A DNA stretch of 63,116 nt, the filler included, from Bipalium vagum (lineage: Eukaryota), in the NCBI GenBank assembly GCA_037834085.1. It is 3 parts of 3 records of this genome, joined end to end, with 100 filler letters (N's around TTAATTAATTAA, not from the genome) between each part and the next. Parts side by side here need not be neighbours in the genome. Positions count along the whole stretch, not along the records: positions 22,910 to 44,100 come from JBBMKC010240634.1; positions 44,201 to 63,116 come from JBBMKC010015512.1; 1 more part is not named here. One strand, written 5' to 3'. The translations under genes were made by a program, and so were the position numbers. Shown piece after piece: positions 37,860-52,925 of this stretch (positions are counted from its first letter, which is position 1; each line of letters opens with the position of its first letter). Below the pieces are notes generated by a model. It was given only the letters and a program-made list of their open reading frames with translations, was not told where the DNA came from and did not search any database.

Positions 37860-38700
37860 ATATTGGGTTGTTGGATACGTAATGACGGATTTTCTTAAGT
37901 TGAAGAAATAAATATATTTAATATAAACAACAAAGATTAATAAATTATATATGGTCCATTTTGATTGATAACCATCTTCCATCTGACCTTGAGTTTCATA
38001 ATTCATCTTTCATTAGAGGTTCTTGTCTGTTTCGTTGAAAAATTGAACTAGGTGCTGATTTACAGCCTCATATATTTATATATATTTATATATGTATATA
38101 TTATTTACATCAAAATATTTTTCTAATGATTTTGTTAACTCATTTTTAAAATTGGCAAATATATATATTTTTCATTATTTTCTTTGATAAATGAAGTTTT
38201 ACCATCTTAAAATATTTTCATTTTATCTTTTAAATCTTTATGATATTTTTTATTATAACTCTGATCATAATGATTATTATTTTACTTTAATATTTTTTGG
38301 TTGTGACCAAATTACTTCTTACTGTGATTCGATCTTATAAAGAGATATTTATAATCTCTCGTGATGAATCGTTGAAGAAACCCTTTGTTGTGGCTGCGTG
38401 GTTTGAGTTTTGTGTCCGAAAAGATTTTTGGTTTTTTCCATATCTTTTCAATTTTAGGTAACGTAGGATTGTCGCTAATTTACTGTTCTCTGAAACAATT
38501 TTTTGCATGTTGCCTTTTCACAAGTTCGATCAATTGGTCATTATCGAAATTGGATGGCAGACTGGCATGTGGTGTTGAATGTCATTCGAATTTTTCGAAC
38601 TAATATTTTGCTGTACTGCAGGCCAATTTATTTTTCGTACCAATACACATTTCTTGAATATCTTCTACAACTTTTTGACTTTTATTAAAATAAAACTACG
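37860..38700 (-). mobile_element. Fragmented mariner remnant
   Basis: N-terminal-like PSNFDNDQLIELVK near 38530, C-terminal-like WxMVIxQNGPY near 37960, and TIR-like tattgggttgttggatacgtaatgacgg at 37861. Confidence 0.55.
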
Positions 38701-40199
38701 ATCAGTGGTGGAAATGGTGCAAGATTAACACTGTATTTTAAAGCTGTCAAATTTGAATAAAAATGAAATGACAAAAAAACTATACATTTGTATAACAGTA
38801 AAGGATCTTTCAAATAACGGTATTTGATATTATATAAATATGATATCGTAAAACAAAATTATAAAATAATGAAATCAAGAAAATTAAGTTTCCACTTATT
38901 AAAAATTTTTGATGTGATATTTTTTTGGCATTTATTTATTTATTATTTGAATGTTTTATTTTCAAATTATTTTTTTCTTTAAATTGTAGTTAAATTTGAT
39001 CCATATTTTAAAATGAACTAAAAATTCATAAATTAAATTAATTTTTAAGAAAAGAAATTAGAATCTTTCAATGCAGGTGAATTAACAATCAAATTTCTCG
39101 AGAAAGATTTTCTATCTCAATTGTTAATTAAAGTATTATTATATCATACACTCATTTATCAAATTATTTTTATTCAATAAAATTAAAATATACTATTTTA
39201 AAAAATATAATTTAAAATATACTATAAAATTAAAAAATGTTCCTTATAAAATTATATTATCTGGATATCTTTAAAAATAAAAAAATATTTAAAAAAATAA
39301 AGTTAAAATTTTAAAATTATCATGTATATAATTCTTCAAAATAAAATAAAATTAACAAAAAATAAAATAATAAAATTTTAAAAAGTACTATTTTGTTCTT
39401 TGCTATTTTTTATTATTCTTCAATTGTTTATGAATTTATTTAATTAAGTTTTAAGTTGACTATACATAGTAGTATTTAGTTTTCTGTTAATTTTCATAAT
39501 TTATTTCAATTAATAATATTTTTATTAACTTTAGGTTAAATAATAATAATTATTTTTCACATATACTCACTCTTAAATATTATATACACTATCTGCAAAC
39601 AGTATTCCTACGATCACTGTTTCATAATAAAAGTTAAATTTAGAAAAGAGAAAGAAACTTATGAAATGAAAAGAACTGTTTATATACATTACTGATGTAG
39701 CTCATTGCATTTAGCAAAACTGTTTATAAAATTTAATTAAAAAACAAAATAAAATTACATAAAATAAAATTTATGCAAATATTTATATTCTTACAGTATT
39801 TTTCATATCATTTTAAAAAAATAATATTTATTGACCCCATATATTTAGCGCAAAGGTAGATAGCTATTATTAACTAATCATTAATTTTACATTATAAAAC
39901 ATATAATCGAAATGAACCCCAATTTCTTTTAGCAATAAAAACATTACATAGGGGCCTAGGTCAAAAGAGCAGTCAGTCGATTTCAAAAATACAATTCTAA
40001 ATTTAAGAAATGATGGAATCAGCTTTGGTCAGATCTCCACTATGTTGCAAAGTCAACTGTTCAATCAATAAATATTTCCTTGATAAAACCCTCATATCTC
40101 AATCTCGGAGTGTTCGGCGTAGAATAACAACTGTCAGGGTAGAAAGGATTATTCAAAGATGAGTCAAAAAAATTGGCGGCGTCGGCAGATGGACTCTCT

Positions 40200-40880
40200 A
40201 TACAACTGAATAAGGCAAATAACTTATTTATCTCGCCATCAACTGTCAGAAACCAACTGAGAGAGATAGGCTGACACGGTTGAATGGTCAAGAACAAATC
40301 TTTCATTTCAAAAAAGAATATAATGGATTGGAATACAGTCCTATGGTTGGATAAAAGCTAATTTAACGTGTTTCGGAGAGGTGGGAAAGTTACTATGTGG
40401 AGAACTGTGAAAGAAAACTTAAGGTAAAGTTAAGACCGACAGTTAAGCATGGTGGTGAATGAGTCATAGTATGGGGGTTTTTATCGAGTGTTGGGATGGA
40501 GAAATTATATTTCATCGATGGTATAATAAAAAAAACGATCTTAACATTTTGAAAGAAAAACTGTAAAACTAAGTTTCAGAATGATAGGGATCCGAAACAT
40601 ACGGATATGATTGTGATAAAGTGGCTCGAAGAAACAGGTGTTGAAGTGATGAAATGGATTGGTCAATCATCGAACATGAGTTCTATTGAGAATTTATGGG
40701 TCTACTTGAAAAGAAAACTCAAGAAGAGAGAGATCACCGGAAAAGAAATGTTAAAAGCATGTCTCATAGAAAAACGGCAGAAAATGTTTTCTGATTTTTG
40801 CAACAAGCTTGCCTAACCAATGCATAATAGATGTCAAATGGCGCTTAATAGGAAAGGAAAATCAATAAAATATTAGGCAT
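40200..40880 (+). mobile_element. Tc1-family transposase remnant
   Basis: TVRNQLREIG, DWNTVLWLDKS*FN, PTVKHGG..VIVWG, KWIGQSSNMSSIENLWVYLKRKL. Confidence 0.85.
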
Positions 40881-41989
40881 GCCAAATACATTTAATACTT
40901 ATTTGTTTGTCATAAATAAACGACTAATTTTTTTGGTCTTAATTTCTTGTGTTTTCCAAATCTAAGTAGATAGATTTTTTTGAAAATATTTTTTTAACTT
41001 TAAGCTATTTGATACTTATAGATTAATATGTTGTAGATTTGAATACAATTATTTTTTAATAAGTATCTTATTGCTTTCTAAATCGCAATATTTTATAAAT
41101 GAAGTGATCGTTTGATAGTGTATAACATAACAAAAAAGAATAATGAAATACTATTCTTAATAATAATTTTATTCAACAAATATTTCAGAAACATAAAATA
41201 ACATATTTCAAGAGAATATTGTCATATTTTTTATAAGGCTTAAGAACCTCCATCTTCGATTTTGGGAATCTTTCTTTTGATATCAGAAATCACTACTTGG
41301 ATGGACTTCATATCAATTTTCATTATGGAATTTTTAATTTTTCTTATCAGCTGTTTCTTTGATTTGGCTTCCCAATTATCAATTTATCAAATAGTGTTCT
41401 AAATCTTCACTTCTTGAGTGTCGTCCAAGCATGGCAAACACTCTTCTACGTAATTCATTTTGCTGAGTGACCTTCATTATTAAATTTGAAATTTTCACTT
41501 AGTTTAAACCAACCATATTTAATAAAGAATAACTTATATTAATATTCCTAATTTTAAATTGGTTGGTGCGTATATAAAATACATCAACATTTTGTGCATC
41601 TACTTTATTTGGACACGTTATTAATATATTAAGATTATCATTAATTGTTTTACAATTTTCTTGTAGGTTTTAATTATGTTCAACAAAGATAATTTAGAAA
41701 AATGGTTAGGGGTCTAGAGTTAAATGTTACATAGTTAAATATTAAGATCAAGTATTTTTACTGATATATTTTAAATTTGTTAAACTAGTCACACATGTTC
41801 AAATTTTATGTTATGTATTGAAAACTTGGTAACGAACTAAGTTTTTTTATTTTTTCAGTTGTTTAAATTTGTTAGCCTCAGGGATTCTCATTTATCTACC
41901 GATTTAAATTTTCTTTGTTTTAGTTTGCTGCTTAAACATGTGAGTTTCAAATTTACTGTGTAATTAATGTTATTAACAGTTATCCTCTG

Positions 41990-42860
41990 GAATAGGTGCT
42001 CCAAAAGTTGGCTAGAAAAATCACAAATTTGAGCAATTATTTATTACGAATGGAAAAATAACACTAGCAAAAATGAAACTGTCTCGAAACTTAACGAGGT
42101 GCTTGGTGAAGAAACAATGCAACTGCGAACAGTGCAAAATTGGTTCAAAAAATTCAATAGTGGCAATTTTTTATTGGAAGACAAAGAGAGATCCTTTTCT
42201 CGACCGCCTAGTCACTTGCCATGAAAAGTGGATCTATCATGACAACATAACCAGACGAAAATCGAGGTCGTTGAAAGGACAGCTTCCGCAAAAATTGAAA
42301 AACCCATCTTACACGAAACAAGGTTCTTTTATGCATTGGTGGGACTCTCGTGGAATTATTTTTCAGAAGTTTCTCAAGTCCGGAGAAACCATTAATTCTG
42401 ATATCTGTTGTAACATGCTAAGAAGAGTTCATACCATTATGAAGGAAAACCTGAGAACTTTGATAAACCGAAAACAAATGATTTCCCCCCAAAATAATGC
42501 CAAGCCTCACAAATCAATGAAGTATTTAAGGTTATTCAGGAATAGAACTGGACTCTAATGGAAAATCCGCTATGTAGTTCCGGTATCGCCCCATCCGATT
42601 TTGATTTGTTCCGGGTATTACAAAATCACTTGATGGGTAAATATTTTAAGAGTTCCGATGGTATAAGGAATGAAGTACTTTCTTTCTTTCATTCAAAAGA
42701 TCGATATTTCTTTAATACTGGGATCAATAAACTTCTAAATAGATGGGATGCAGTAATAGAAAAAAATGGGGAATATTGTTAATTTTTTATGATTAATAAA
42801 TTAAATTTAACTTCAGTCTTAGTTTAGTTTTTAATTAAAAATGAAAAAACTTACCTGATA
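41990..42860 (+). mobile_element. Mariner transposase pseudogene
   Basis: FLDRLVTCHEKWIYHDN, WWDSRGII, QNNAKPH, SSGIAPSDFDLFRVLQNHL, INKLLNRWDAVIEKNGEY. Confidence 0.9.
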
Positions 42861-44021
42861 TATACATACATATGTATATGTATTAGAATATATAATTTTA
42901 GATGATTGATTAATTTAGAAGTTTAATACTGATAATAGCAAAAGATTGTGAAGTTGAATTTGCTGGAAAAAAATAGAATTATGATTGAATGTAGCATTGT
43001 AGACGAAACTTCTTATAATATTGAAAAAACTACTTAATTTTTGATTTTCCAAATAATAAAGTTAAAAAAGACAGAATAATCGAAAAGCCTAAATTTCCAA
43101 TTTATTATCTCGTAATTGAAAATAAAATTAAATGGAAAATAATTTCAAATAATTGATCAAGTAGATTTTAACAATGAAAAAATTAGTTTTACAATTCACC
43201 TCTAACAAGTTTAAAATATTATATTTTATATATCAGATTTCAAATGAGAAATTAATTCTGATTTCGTCTTAAAATTGTAATCACAAATATCACCAAATAA
43301 ATCTTTCTTTTCCCGTTATTTTTATAATAATAAAATGTTTATTGCATACATTTGTTACGTTATTTAATTACTATGAAACCTTGTCGTAACACTTAGATCT
43401 TAAAGTTTACTGATCACTTCACTTTTGTCAAAACGTGTTCGCAAATGAAAGAATCAAAATAACTACGATAATACTTTATTTCAGTTATCACAATTACAAC
43501 CGCAATCACATATTCTTAAAAGTTAAATGTCTCAACAATTTTACTAAATCAAAATACAAAAAATAATAAGAATCAATCAATAAAATAATATCAATTAAAT
43601 CAAAATTTCAATAAAATGTCAATTAATAAATAGAATCAAATGTTAATTTTAAACAGGAAAAGAAAAAAAATGATGATAACTCTCACCGATCCTGTTGACA
43701 ACTGTCCACAGAGTCGTTTGCTGATCTCGATTCGGTTAGCTTAGAAATAACCTAACAGCACAGAACCCACAGTAAGCTCCTGTCGTATAATTGAGGACTT
43801 AAACATAATATTCACTGATAAAATATGGCCGCTTTCTTCCAACGTAATAATTCAACAAGGACTTTTTGTGGCAATCCACTGCGCATTCCAACTCCTTTTA
43901 TACTATTCTGGTCAAACGACTAATTTTGATTTTAAGATTAGATCCTTTTTGGAAAATAATATATCCTTTTTTTATTTTCAATGTTCTTTTAATTAACTTT
44001 GTACTTATTAATTAATTATAA

Positions 44022-44100
<79 letters not shown>

Positions 44101-44200
44101 NNNNNNNNNNNNNNNNNNNNNNNNNNNNNNNNNNNNNNNNNNNNTTAATTAATTAANNNNNNNNNNNNNNNNNNNNNNNNNNNNNNNNNNNNNNNNNNNN
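44101..44200. other. Assembly gap / artificial spacer within an (ATT)n tract
   Basis: N44-TTAATTAATTAA-N44, flanked on both sides by (ATT)n. Confidence 0.97.
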
Positions 44201-44269
<69 letters not shown>

Positions 44270-47200
44270 TCCATTTTACTTCAGAACCACAGATTCTCTA
44301 CTGACGCCTCCGTTTTTTCAACTCATAAAAAATTAATAATTATCAATAATAATTATCACGAAAAAATGAAATCATTATTTTAATTTTTAATAAAATCAAA
44401 TATAATCATTCTCGTTTTTGACTTGAAATTGATAGATCGGTAATTAATTTTGAGATTTGGGTTGGTTTGAGTGGATTTTGGATTGATATTGAGTACTTCT
44501 TCACATATTATTGATTTTGATTGTGGAATTGATAACCAAATTTGGTGATAGATAGATTGAGTGAATTGATTTTAGGTTTTTAGAATTAATTTTAGGTTTT
44601 GGACTGAGTACTTCACATATATATTGAAGGTTATAAAACCTCATTCATTTTATTACATATTCTTATTAAGGTCAAGTTGCTTATTTATTTTATGTGATTT
44701 TTAAGGGTCATAAGACCTTTGTTTATTTTATTTAAGATTATTATTATTATTAATTTGGATGCTGTCTACCATAAACAGTCAATTATCACAAATAAAATTT
44801 ATTCCTTTGTTTATTTTATTTAAGAGAAAATTATTATTATTATTATTATTATTTAAGATTATTTCAAATCAGTCAATCACCACCAATAAAATTTTACTAT
44901 CTTATCACTATTAATATTATTTCAGACACCCCCGATGCCCCTCTTCTTTCAGTTTCTTCAAATGACAGCGTAAGTTTTATTTTATTTTTATTTAATATTT
45001 TAATTTTTTTTAGTTTTATTATTTTTAAATTTTAAAAATTAATAAGTATAATAACATGAAATCACAGCAAAATTGTTTTCTTGATGAAAAACATAAAATC
45101 AGAATAAAATTATTGTTTTTGATGAATTGGAGAAGCGGACTTGGTTTATCTTGGTATTGATTTTGGGATTTAACTTCCTCACAAACCACACAGGTGTTAG
45201 TATTAATTAATTTTTTGAAATTTTGGTAAACGACAAAATTGTGATTGTTGTCTCTCTATTTATACTATTTTTTAGACGGTATATTTTTATTTTGACGTTT
45301 GTTTTTTGAGCTTGTATTTTAATTTTTACTGACGTCATACTTTCAGCTATCAATTTAACTTTTTATTCTATTTTTATATTCATGCATATATATATGTATT
45401 ATATATTATATTCTTTTTATTAAATATTATTTTATATTACTTTATAAAATTTAATGTTCAATATTATTTAGTAGCATTCAACGAGGTTTACTTATTAAAT
45501 TACAGAATGATAAATTATGGTTAGTTTTTTTACTAGAAGTCAACGGTAAAATTCTTTTTATTATGATTACCATTATTACTACTTTACTTTTTTTAAAATT
45601 AGTTATTTTAATGACTTGGGAATTGAATAAATAATAGCTGATTATTGGGAATCGGTTGCTTGTCAATTATCATTCATAATTGGTTGGACGATTTGAGTGG
45701 CTTTTTGGTTGATTCGACTGTACCTTAGAAACAAGAAATCCAAGTTAAAAGTAAAAAGGCTATGAAATATTAATATATTTTTTATTTTAAAATATAAATT
45801 ATTTTAAAATTAAATGTTGGGACGCAAGCCTTTAAAAAAAATGACAATCTTCAAGATACACACAATTAAACTAAATGCTTCGCACTCACGATTTTACGCA
45901 GACTCATAGTAATTGTGCTTCAATTCTATATCGTCAGGTGACTTAATTAAATTGATTAATAATCAAAATCTAATTAATTTATATATAATTTTATATCTGT
46001 GCAGGTTCATCTCAACAAACACAGTGGAGTAAGAGGAGGACAAGATATGAAGTCCTATGCTGGTAGATCGAACAGGGGAGTGAAGAAGTTAGTGACAATC
46101 AACAATAACATTTGTGTAATCATCTTGGAAAATTACTTTCATTTTCGTATTACTTTCATTTCTGTATATAATTTTATATAATTGTGTAAAATCATTTTTC
46201 ACTGCTATGCTTCACCATTACGATCATTATGAATGCATGAAACATTTTTTATTTCTAAATAAATATGATTTGACTTCCAACTTCTAAAGATAAGAATAAT
46301 ATAAAGTTGTTGAAGTTCGACTCTTATAAGTTCTATAAATAAAATTTTGGCGAAAAATAAAATTAAAATAATACGCAGGCTAATTTAAAATTACGTATTA
46401 TAATTATTAATTTAAAGGTAATTAAATTTTAAATATTATTTTAGGAGCAAATACTGATTTTTAATCAGTAGCATGTCTCAAATTCTTAATTTATAATTTT
46501 TATAAATTTTATCTTATTTTTTATTAATAATTAAATTTAGAAAGTACGTCATGAATAAGAGCTTAACTGGCCAATCAGAGAAGCTAAAACGAACAGTAAG
46601 AAAGTATATAAGCCAGCGAAAATTCATTATTTTTCGCCCAGAAAATTGCCTGATAAAAAAGGTATGGATTTTATTGGTAATTTTATTTTGCTGACCATGA
46701 TTTTCCCTGGCACAACTTTTTAATTAGAGAGTGCTTGTACCTGTTGAGACTGTCTGAGCAGTTTTTGTTGACTTTTTGTGACTGCCGAGTGTTGTAGTTT
46801 GTTTGTTGTAACTAAAAATGGTCTTACCATCAATTGATTTAATAAATTTTTTATTGTAGTCTTAGTTAGAGGGTGAGATAACGAGCTCTTAACCTCAGCT
46901 CACAGTAACCTCAGTGTAGGTCAGGTTAGCTGAATAAGAGTTGGGCCAACAAAATTAAATAATTTATAAGGTCTTTAAACATTAATTTAGTATAACTAGA
47001 TACAATAAATAATGAAAAATTGAAAAGTAAAGTAAAAGAAAGCACTAAGTTTAGTATTTTTGCCAATGAATTTTATCTATTCTGCGTTTCATACAGCAAT
47101 CTTTCCGACATACACTTTAACAATATTTGAAGAGGTACAAAAATTCATTGACAATTTTATGCATTCCAAGTTCAAAGACTTTTCATTAATGTATTCATCT

Positions 47201-48371
47201 TTTGCCTGAAATGTGGGAAAAAGTAGTTAATAATAATGGAAAATATTTTGATTTAATGCACAAAGTTACTGTCGTATATTAATAAAAATTCTGCCTGAAA
47301 ATAGTTGGAATTTATACACTCCCTTAGAATTCACTACAATTTGATGAATAACCAAATCAGAAAAGTATTAATAAGTTGGCTTAGAAAAATTAATACAAAC
47401 TAAGCAGTCCAGTGTGAATGCGTTAATCAAATCAAAGGGTTTATACTCGAAACATTAATGACATTATATGTATTACTTTTATATCGTTTTTCTTTATATG
47501 CAGATTATTGTGTATCACAATATTTAATTTTATAATTGGAATATTTCTGTTTATGCATTGAGTACACAATTGGTTGGACCAAAATGTGTACAATATTACT
47601 CAATTTTGAAATTTGTATATAAATGATAATTTTAAAGTGTATTTGATATAACGTTAGTGATTTGTTAAAGTTATTTGATTATGTATATTAATATACCATA
47701 ACGTTATATATCTATTATTAACCCTTTACTGATTCAGCCAATTAATAAATTAAAACTTTTGCTTATTAAATAAATACTAGGACAAGGGACTCTAGGATCA
47801 TATAAATAAACTCCTTTTTGCTTCCCCTCCTTCATTTCGTATAATGTTGTCTTTTGTTGGGCTTCACAAACTTAGTATGGAGGTAAATCAAACTTAATTT
47901 GAATGTTTTATAACTCAACAAATAATCAAAAATATTTGGGAATGTAGTTATACGATTTGAAATGTATGTAAGTTAATTATAATTGAATACTAAAAATAAT
48001 AGTAATAATATCGCATTTTACAACGATTCCAAAAACGTACAAAAACTCAAAAAACTCACTTTCAAAACTAGACACAACGAATGTGTATAATTACCATGAT
48101 ATCGGTATAACTAATTTTTTAAAATTATCTCTATGCTCTATATTCACAAAAGATAAATCAGCTGCAATTCCATTAACCGCTAAAGTAACCAATAATACCT
48201 CAACAACACCTGAGCTCCTCAAGTATCAGACTCATCGATCAGCGTTAAATATTATAAATACCTATACGATTTAGTGAAACATTAGTGTACGAATTTTATA
48301 CATAAAAAGTTGTCATAGCCAATATTTCGTTTATATTTCTCAGTTATTGATTATTATTGAACATTATTTAA

Positions 48372-48758
48372 CCCTTTGGTGGCCGCAGATGGATATATAC
48401 GTTTTGAAAATTCGTTTTAATACAAAATTGATGTCACCTCAATGAAAATCCAAAGCATAATTTTAATAAAAGCGCGAAAGAAACGATCAAAAATGAATTT
48501 ATAAAAACCATTTATAATGACTGAATTACCATCTGGATATTCTTCAAGTGATGAAATTGATATTTATTACTCATTTATTGATGATCATACCGGTTATAAA
48601 AGCTTAAACTAACAAAATATTATAAAGAAAGCCAATATATTGAACTTCACGAAAGAAACTAGATCAAAAACTTGTTGAAAATTATCATACAAAGATGCAT
48701 TATTGAGAATAAAAATAATATTTAATTTTCAATAAAAAAAACCACTGTTGCCAAAGAG
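48372..48758 (+). mobile_element. Probable non-autonomous piggyBac derivative
   Basis: TTAA|ccctttgg ... ccaaagag|TTAA ends (TTAA TSD plus CCC/GGG-like termini) and an internal acidic start MTELPSGYSSSDEID. Confidence 0.5.
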
Positions 48759-50329
48759 TTAACGACTTATCATAAACATAGTTGGAAATCATCCTGCTTT
48801 AGTCATCCCATGAATATTTAATTTTTAAAGTTCTTCATTGCCTAGTAACTAAATTTGATAGAGAACTGTTTTAAAATCTTTAAAATGATAGGTCACTTTC
48901 TTATTTAGAAATTGAAAATATTTTTATTAAATTTTGCTAATTTTTGGAATTTTAATATGAAGAAATATACGACAGAGTAACGGATAAAAAATTATCGAAT
49001 TCTATTACCAAACCAAATGTCCTTTTATTTTTAACTGAAAAGAATATTTCAAATATTTTAAAATAAAACTTGGTTTAGTGCTTTCAACAGATTTACTATT
49101 AAAGATTAATTACGGCCTGGGAGACGCTTTTAAAAAAATGTTAATTTTTACAGGTCAGTATTCTAGAAAGCTATGAATATCCACTCAAAACTAAGTAATT
49201 TCAAGAATCTCTTTACTCTTTCAAGAATCTCTTTACACCGCAAGAATCTCTTACACCGCATTTAAATGTACAAATTAATCAATATTTTTTATAAAGAACT
49301 AAAATTTTATGGAATTTTTATGTGACATATTTTTTCATAAATAATAAAAATAGAATTCCATTTTTGTTTAATATTTTATTAATCCAGAAAAATTACAATA
49401 AGCAATACTAATACTCTAATCCCATACTCTAATTTAATGGGCATATGTACGTTATCTCGGAAAAAGGCTTGTAATAACATATATATTAAGTTTTAAGCGA
49501 ATACTCAGCTTTAATTAAATATTATTGAGAATTTTCACTATTTGTATCACAGTTACTCTTGATTTTTCAAATTTTATTTTACCCACTTTATCTGAACTTT
49601 AATTAATTTAAATAACCTTATTAATCCTAATTATTTTTGCTTACATAATAAATATTTATTTTACTGAAGGGAGTAAATCATCAGTTAAAAATCATTCTAT
49701 AAATATGAAGGATTTTGAATACCTTTACAAAGAAAGAATCAGATCTAGAAGTCTAAAGAATACTATTCTCATGTTACACAAAAGAAAACTCGAAATCGTT
49801 TGTTGTCATCGAACAAAAAGATATCTCTAACCATTTATTATAATTATTACTGATTATCTTAATAATATTATTATTATTTGATCGATTTTTTTAAAACTTT
49901 GAATTATTAAAAGTTTTTAAAGATTTATAATAAGTTACCGACATGCACAAAAATTTACCAAAGGTCCAAAATAGAACCATTTATTATTCACATTTCTATT
50001 TTTCTATATAAAAAACATTATCTCACAAATTTCATTTTCCTAACTATGTATTTAATTTTTGAATAAAGAAATGTTTGCAATTTTTGTTGTTGTTTATCTG
50101 AAGTACTGTTTAAGCGCTATCTATTTTTATGTCACAAGCTAAAAAATATAGTATTTTATTTTTTACATTTTAGATGACCAGATGTGTCAAATCAAAATTA
50201 AATATTTTATGTCTACATTATTATTTTATGTGTATTTCGATGTTTTGTTCCTTAATAAATTTACATTAAATGTAAATGTATTTATCTATTATTTTTATTT
50301 ATTATAAAATGTCTTAAAATTTTTAGTAG

Positions 50330-51100
50330 ATACCATTACCCTTCTTTTAAACGATATCTATCAAAAGCGATGAATACTTTTATAAATATTTTGTATAGCT
50401 TAAGGATCAATAGCTTTAGTCTGTCAATGACTTTAATGAGGTCTGTGTGACTATTATATTGCATTTCGTCATAAATTTTTAAATCCAATAAATGGCAAAC
50501 ATTTTCTATTACGTTCAGATCTTTCAAATATTTTTTCACATATCTCGCAGTATGGACAGGAGCCTAATCTTGTTGCCAAATAAAGGTATTCTATTGAATT
50601 CTTAATGATACACAATGATAAAGATTTTATATCGGAAATATAGTGCTATGAGTTGTATCGAAGAATTTTTATGATCATTTTCCCTGTTGCACCAAATACC
50701 ATAATAGATTCCCCTCTATCTTACGCTTGATTCAACGAGGAATTATTGGTGAATTCACTGAATTTTTTTTATAACTGCAAATATTGACTGGTCCATCAAA
50801 GCTAAGTCGTTTTAATATGAAAAAATGAACTCTTCAAAATATTTTTTTTCCGAAAGTGACTCAGCAAATTCCATTCGATTTTGACGATGACTAATAGTTA
50901 GTGACATATCATTTTAAAGTTTCAAGTAACCAAATCATTTTATTATCGCAAAATAGAGGTTTAAGATACATACAGATTATATAACTTTTGTACTTTTTTG
51001 ATGTCAATCAAGTGACAGCTTTAATTTCTGTTCACAAACCTCATTAAGCGTCTTGATTCATTCGGTAATATACATTTTGGAAGACCAACTTTCTTACCGT
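50330..51100 (-). mobile_element. Tc1-like transposase remnant
   Basis: SESLSEKK...LSFDGP, QQD*APVHTARYVKKYL..DLNVIENVCHLL. Confidence 0.7.
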
Positions 51101-51899
51101 TCTTGTAATTTTTATTATTTGCAATCATATTGATTGTTTGTAAGGAAAAAATCTTTCGATATTTGAACAGTTCAAAGATCTAACTTGTCTGATCATGAAA
51201 AAAGGTGAATGTTGAACTAATTCAAAGAGCAACTTTTTAATTTTTCTCATTAAAACTTTAGATGTGTGAGCAGATGCATTATCAAGGTGGAAAAAGTTAT
51301 TAAACACAACCTATTTAATGTAAATTTGGATTATGATTACTGATTATTATTATATAAGGTATAAATGTGGCTCCGTCGTATACATTAATCGTCGAACTTT
51401 TCAACCAACCTATTTTATTCATTCTCGTTTAAGTTACTTTTCTTTGTTAAGTCATAAATTGGTGAAACTTCGCCTCATTTCATGATTTTGATAGTATTTG
51501 AGGTGTTCTAGAAATATTGATTACCAGTATTTTGACATCATACTTATTCTTAAATGTCATTTCGTTATTTATTTATTTTTTATGTTCTCATTTATTTTAT
51601 ATTTTCTTAGGAATTTTTGATTATGTTATTATTTTAACTAATTTAATATTTTTAAACATGATAAAATTACATTTTTATTGTTATTAATAATTATATTTAT
51701 TTTATGTCCAAGAATTCCAAGGATCCGGCTATCGGTAAAATTAATAATTTTTTATTTATTATATTTCAGGTCTCGAGTTCCAATCGCAATATTCATCACA
51801 AACAAAATTTTTATTATTTAATTTAAAACTTTTCATATCTTTAATTTTAAACTGTCACTGCTGCTGCTACCTTGACTCTGCTGTGATTCACATACCATA

Positions 51900-52100
51900 C
51901 TATAGTAAGTCGTTACTTGCAGAGGCTTATGACAACCGTGCTTTAGCTGAAAGAACGTGTGGAAAATGGTTTCATCGATTTTAAACCCGAGATTTTAATG
52001 TGAACGACAAGGCTGAAACAAGAGTAGAACAATTAGCTGCTTCATTGAATGTAACTCAACAAGCAATTTCAACTCGCTTAAATCATAATGTTGGATTTTT
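51900..52100 (+). mobile_element. Mariner N-terminal remnant
   Basis: EAYDNRALAERTCGKWFHRF*TRDFNVND...LAASLNVTQQAISTRL. Confidence 0.7.
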
Positions 52101-52469
52101 AAAAGATGGGTTTTTAGGTTTTAGTATACCAATCACAAATTGATAAGAAATATTTAAAAAATAATTCAAATTTCCTTTATAAACTTTTTATTGTTTATGT
52201 CAATATACAAAAGAAATGGCAATTAATACACTTTTATCGTTCGAAATGACAATATTAATTAATTGAAGAAGTCAATCTACACTAGGAAGATTGAAGACGC
52301 CCTGAAATGAAAATAGCGAATCTAAAAACTAATTTGTGAAATCGCAAATGACAGAAAATAAACCCAAAAAGAAAAATCTGGAAATTTAAATTGAATAAAG
52401 ACAGAAAGGCAAAATTATATTCGCGTTCTGTAAAGTTAATAAATTAATTACTTTCGTGAAATTAAAAAA

Positions 52470-52925
52470 TTTATTCAACTGAAAATGAAAAAAAACAGTT
52501 TTATAGAAAGATTTAATAGAACTTTTAAAAATTTAATGTTTAAAAAATTTACAGAACAAGGAAATAGAAAATAGTTACATTTATTACCAAATTTAATTAT
52601 TTTTTATAATAATAAAATTCATAGTTCAATTGGAATGACTCCTTATGAAGCGAATAAAAGAATGAAGCGAATCCTGAGAAATTGAAAACTGATAAAATTT
52701 CCACTGTTTCTCAATTATCTTTAAATTCTAAATTTTAAATTGGAGATAAAGTTCGAGTTTTTAAAATATAAAAATAGATTCGAATACGGATACAGGGCAA
52801 AATGGACTAATGAAATATTAATCTTTAATGAAATTTATTTTAAAAATCCTATTGAATAAGGAATTCTTGATAAAAATGAAAAGATTTTAGGAAGGTTTTA
52901 TGAGAATGAGCTTTAAAGAAGCTTT
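52470..52925 (+). pseudogene. Polinton-type (c-integrase) retroviral-like integrase, C-terminal remnant
   Basis: IERFNRTFKNLMFKKFTEQGNRK*LHLLP..IFYNNKIHSSIGMTPYEA...KF*IGDKVRV...FEYGYRAKWTNEI...ILGRFYENEL. Confidence 0.8.

Noticed and set aside
40061-40306. 81-aa minus-strand ORF
   Set aside because: Antisense to the Tc1 transposase remnant.
49200-49260. Three short caagaatctc(t)ttac repeats
   Set aside because: Local tandem duplication with no unique spacers and a eukaryotic context; not CRISPR.
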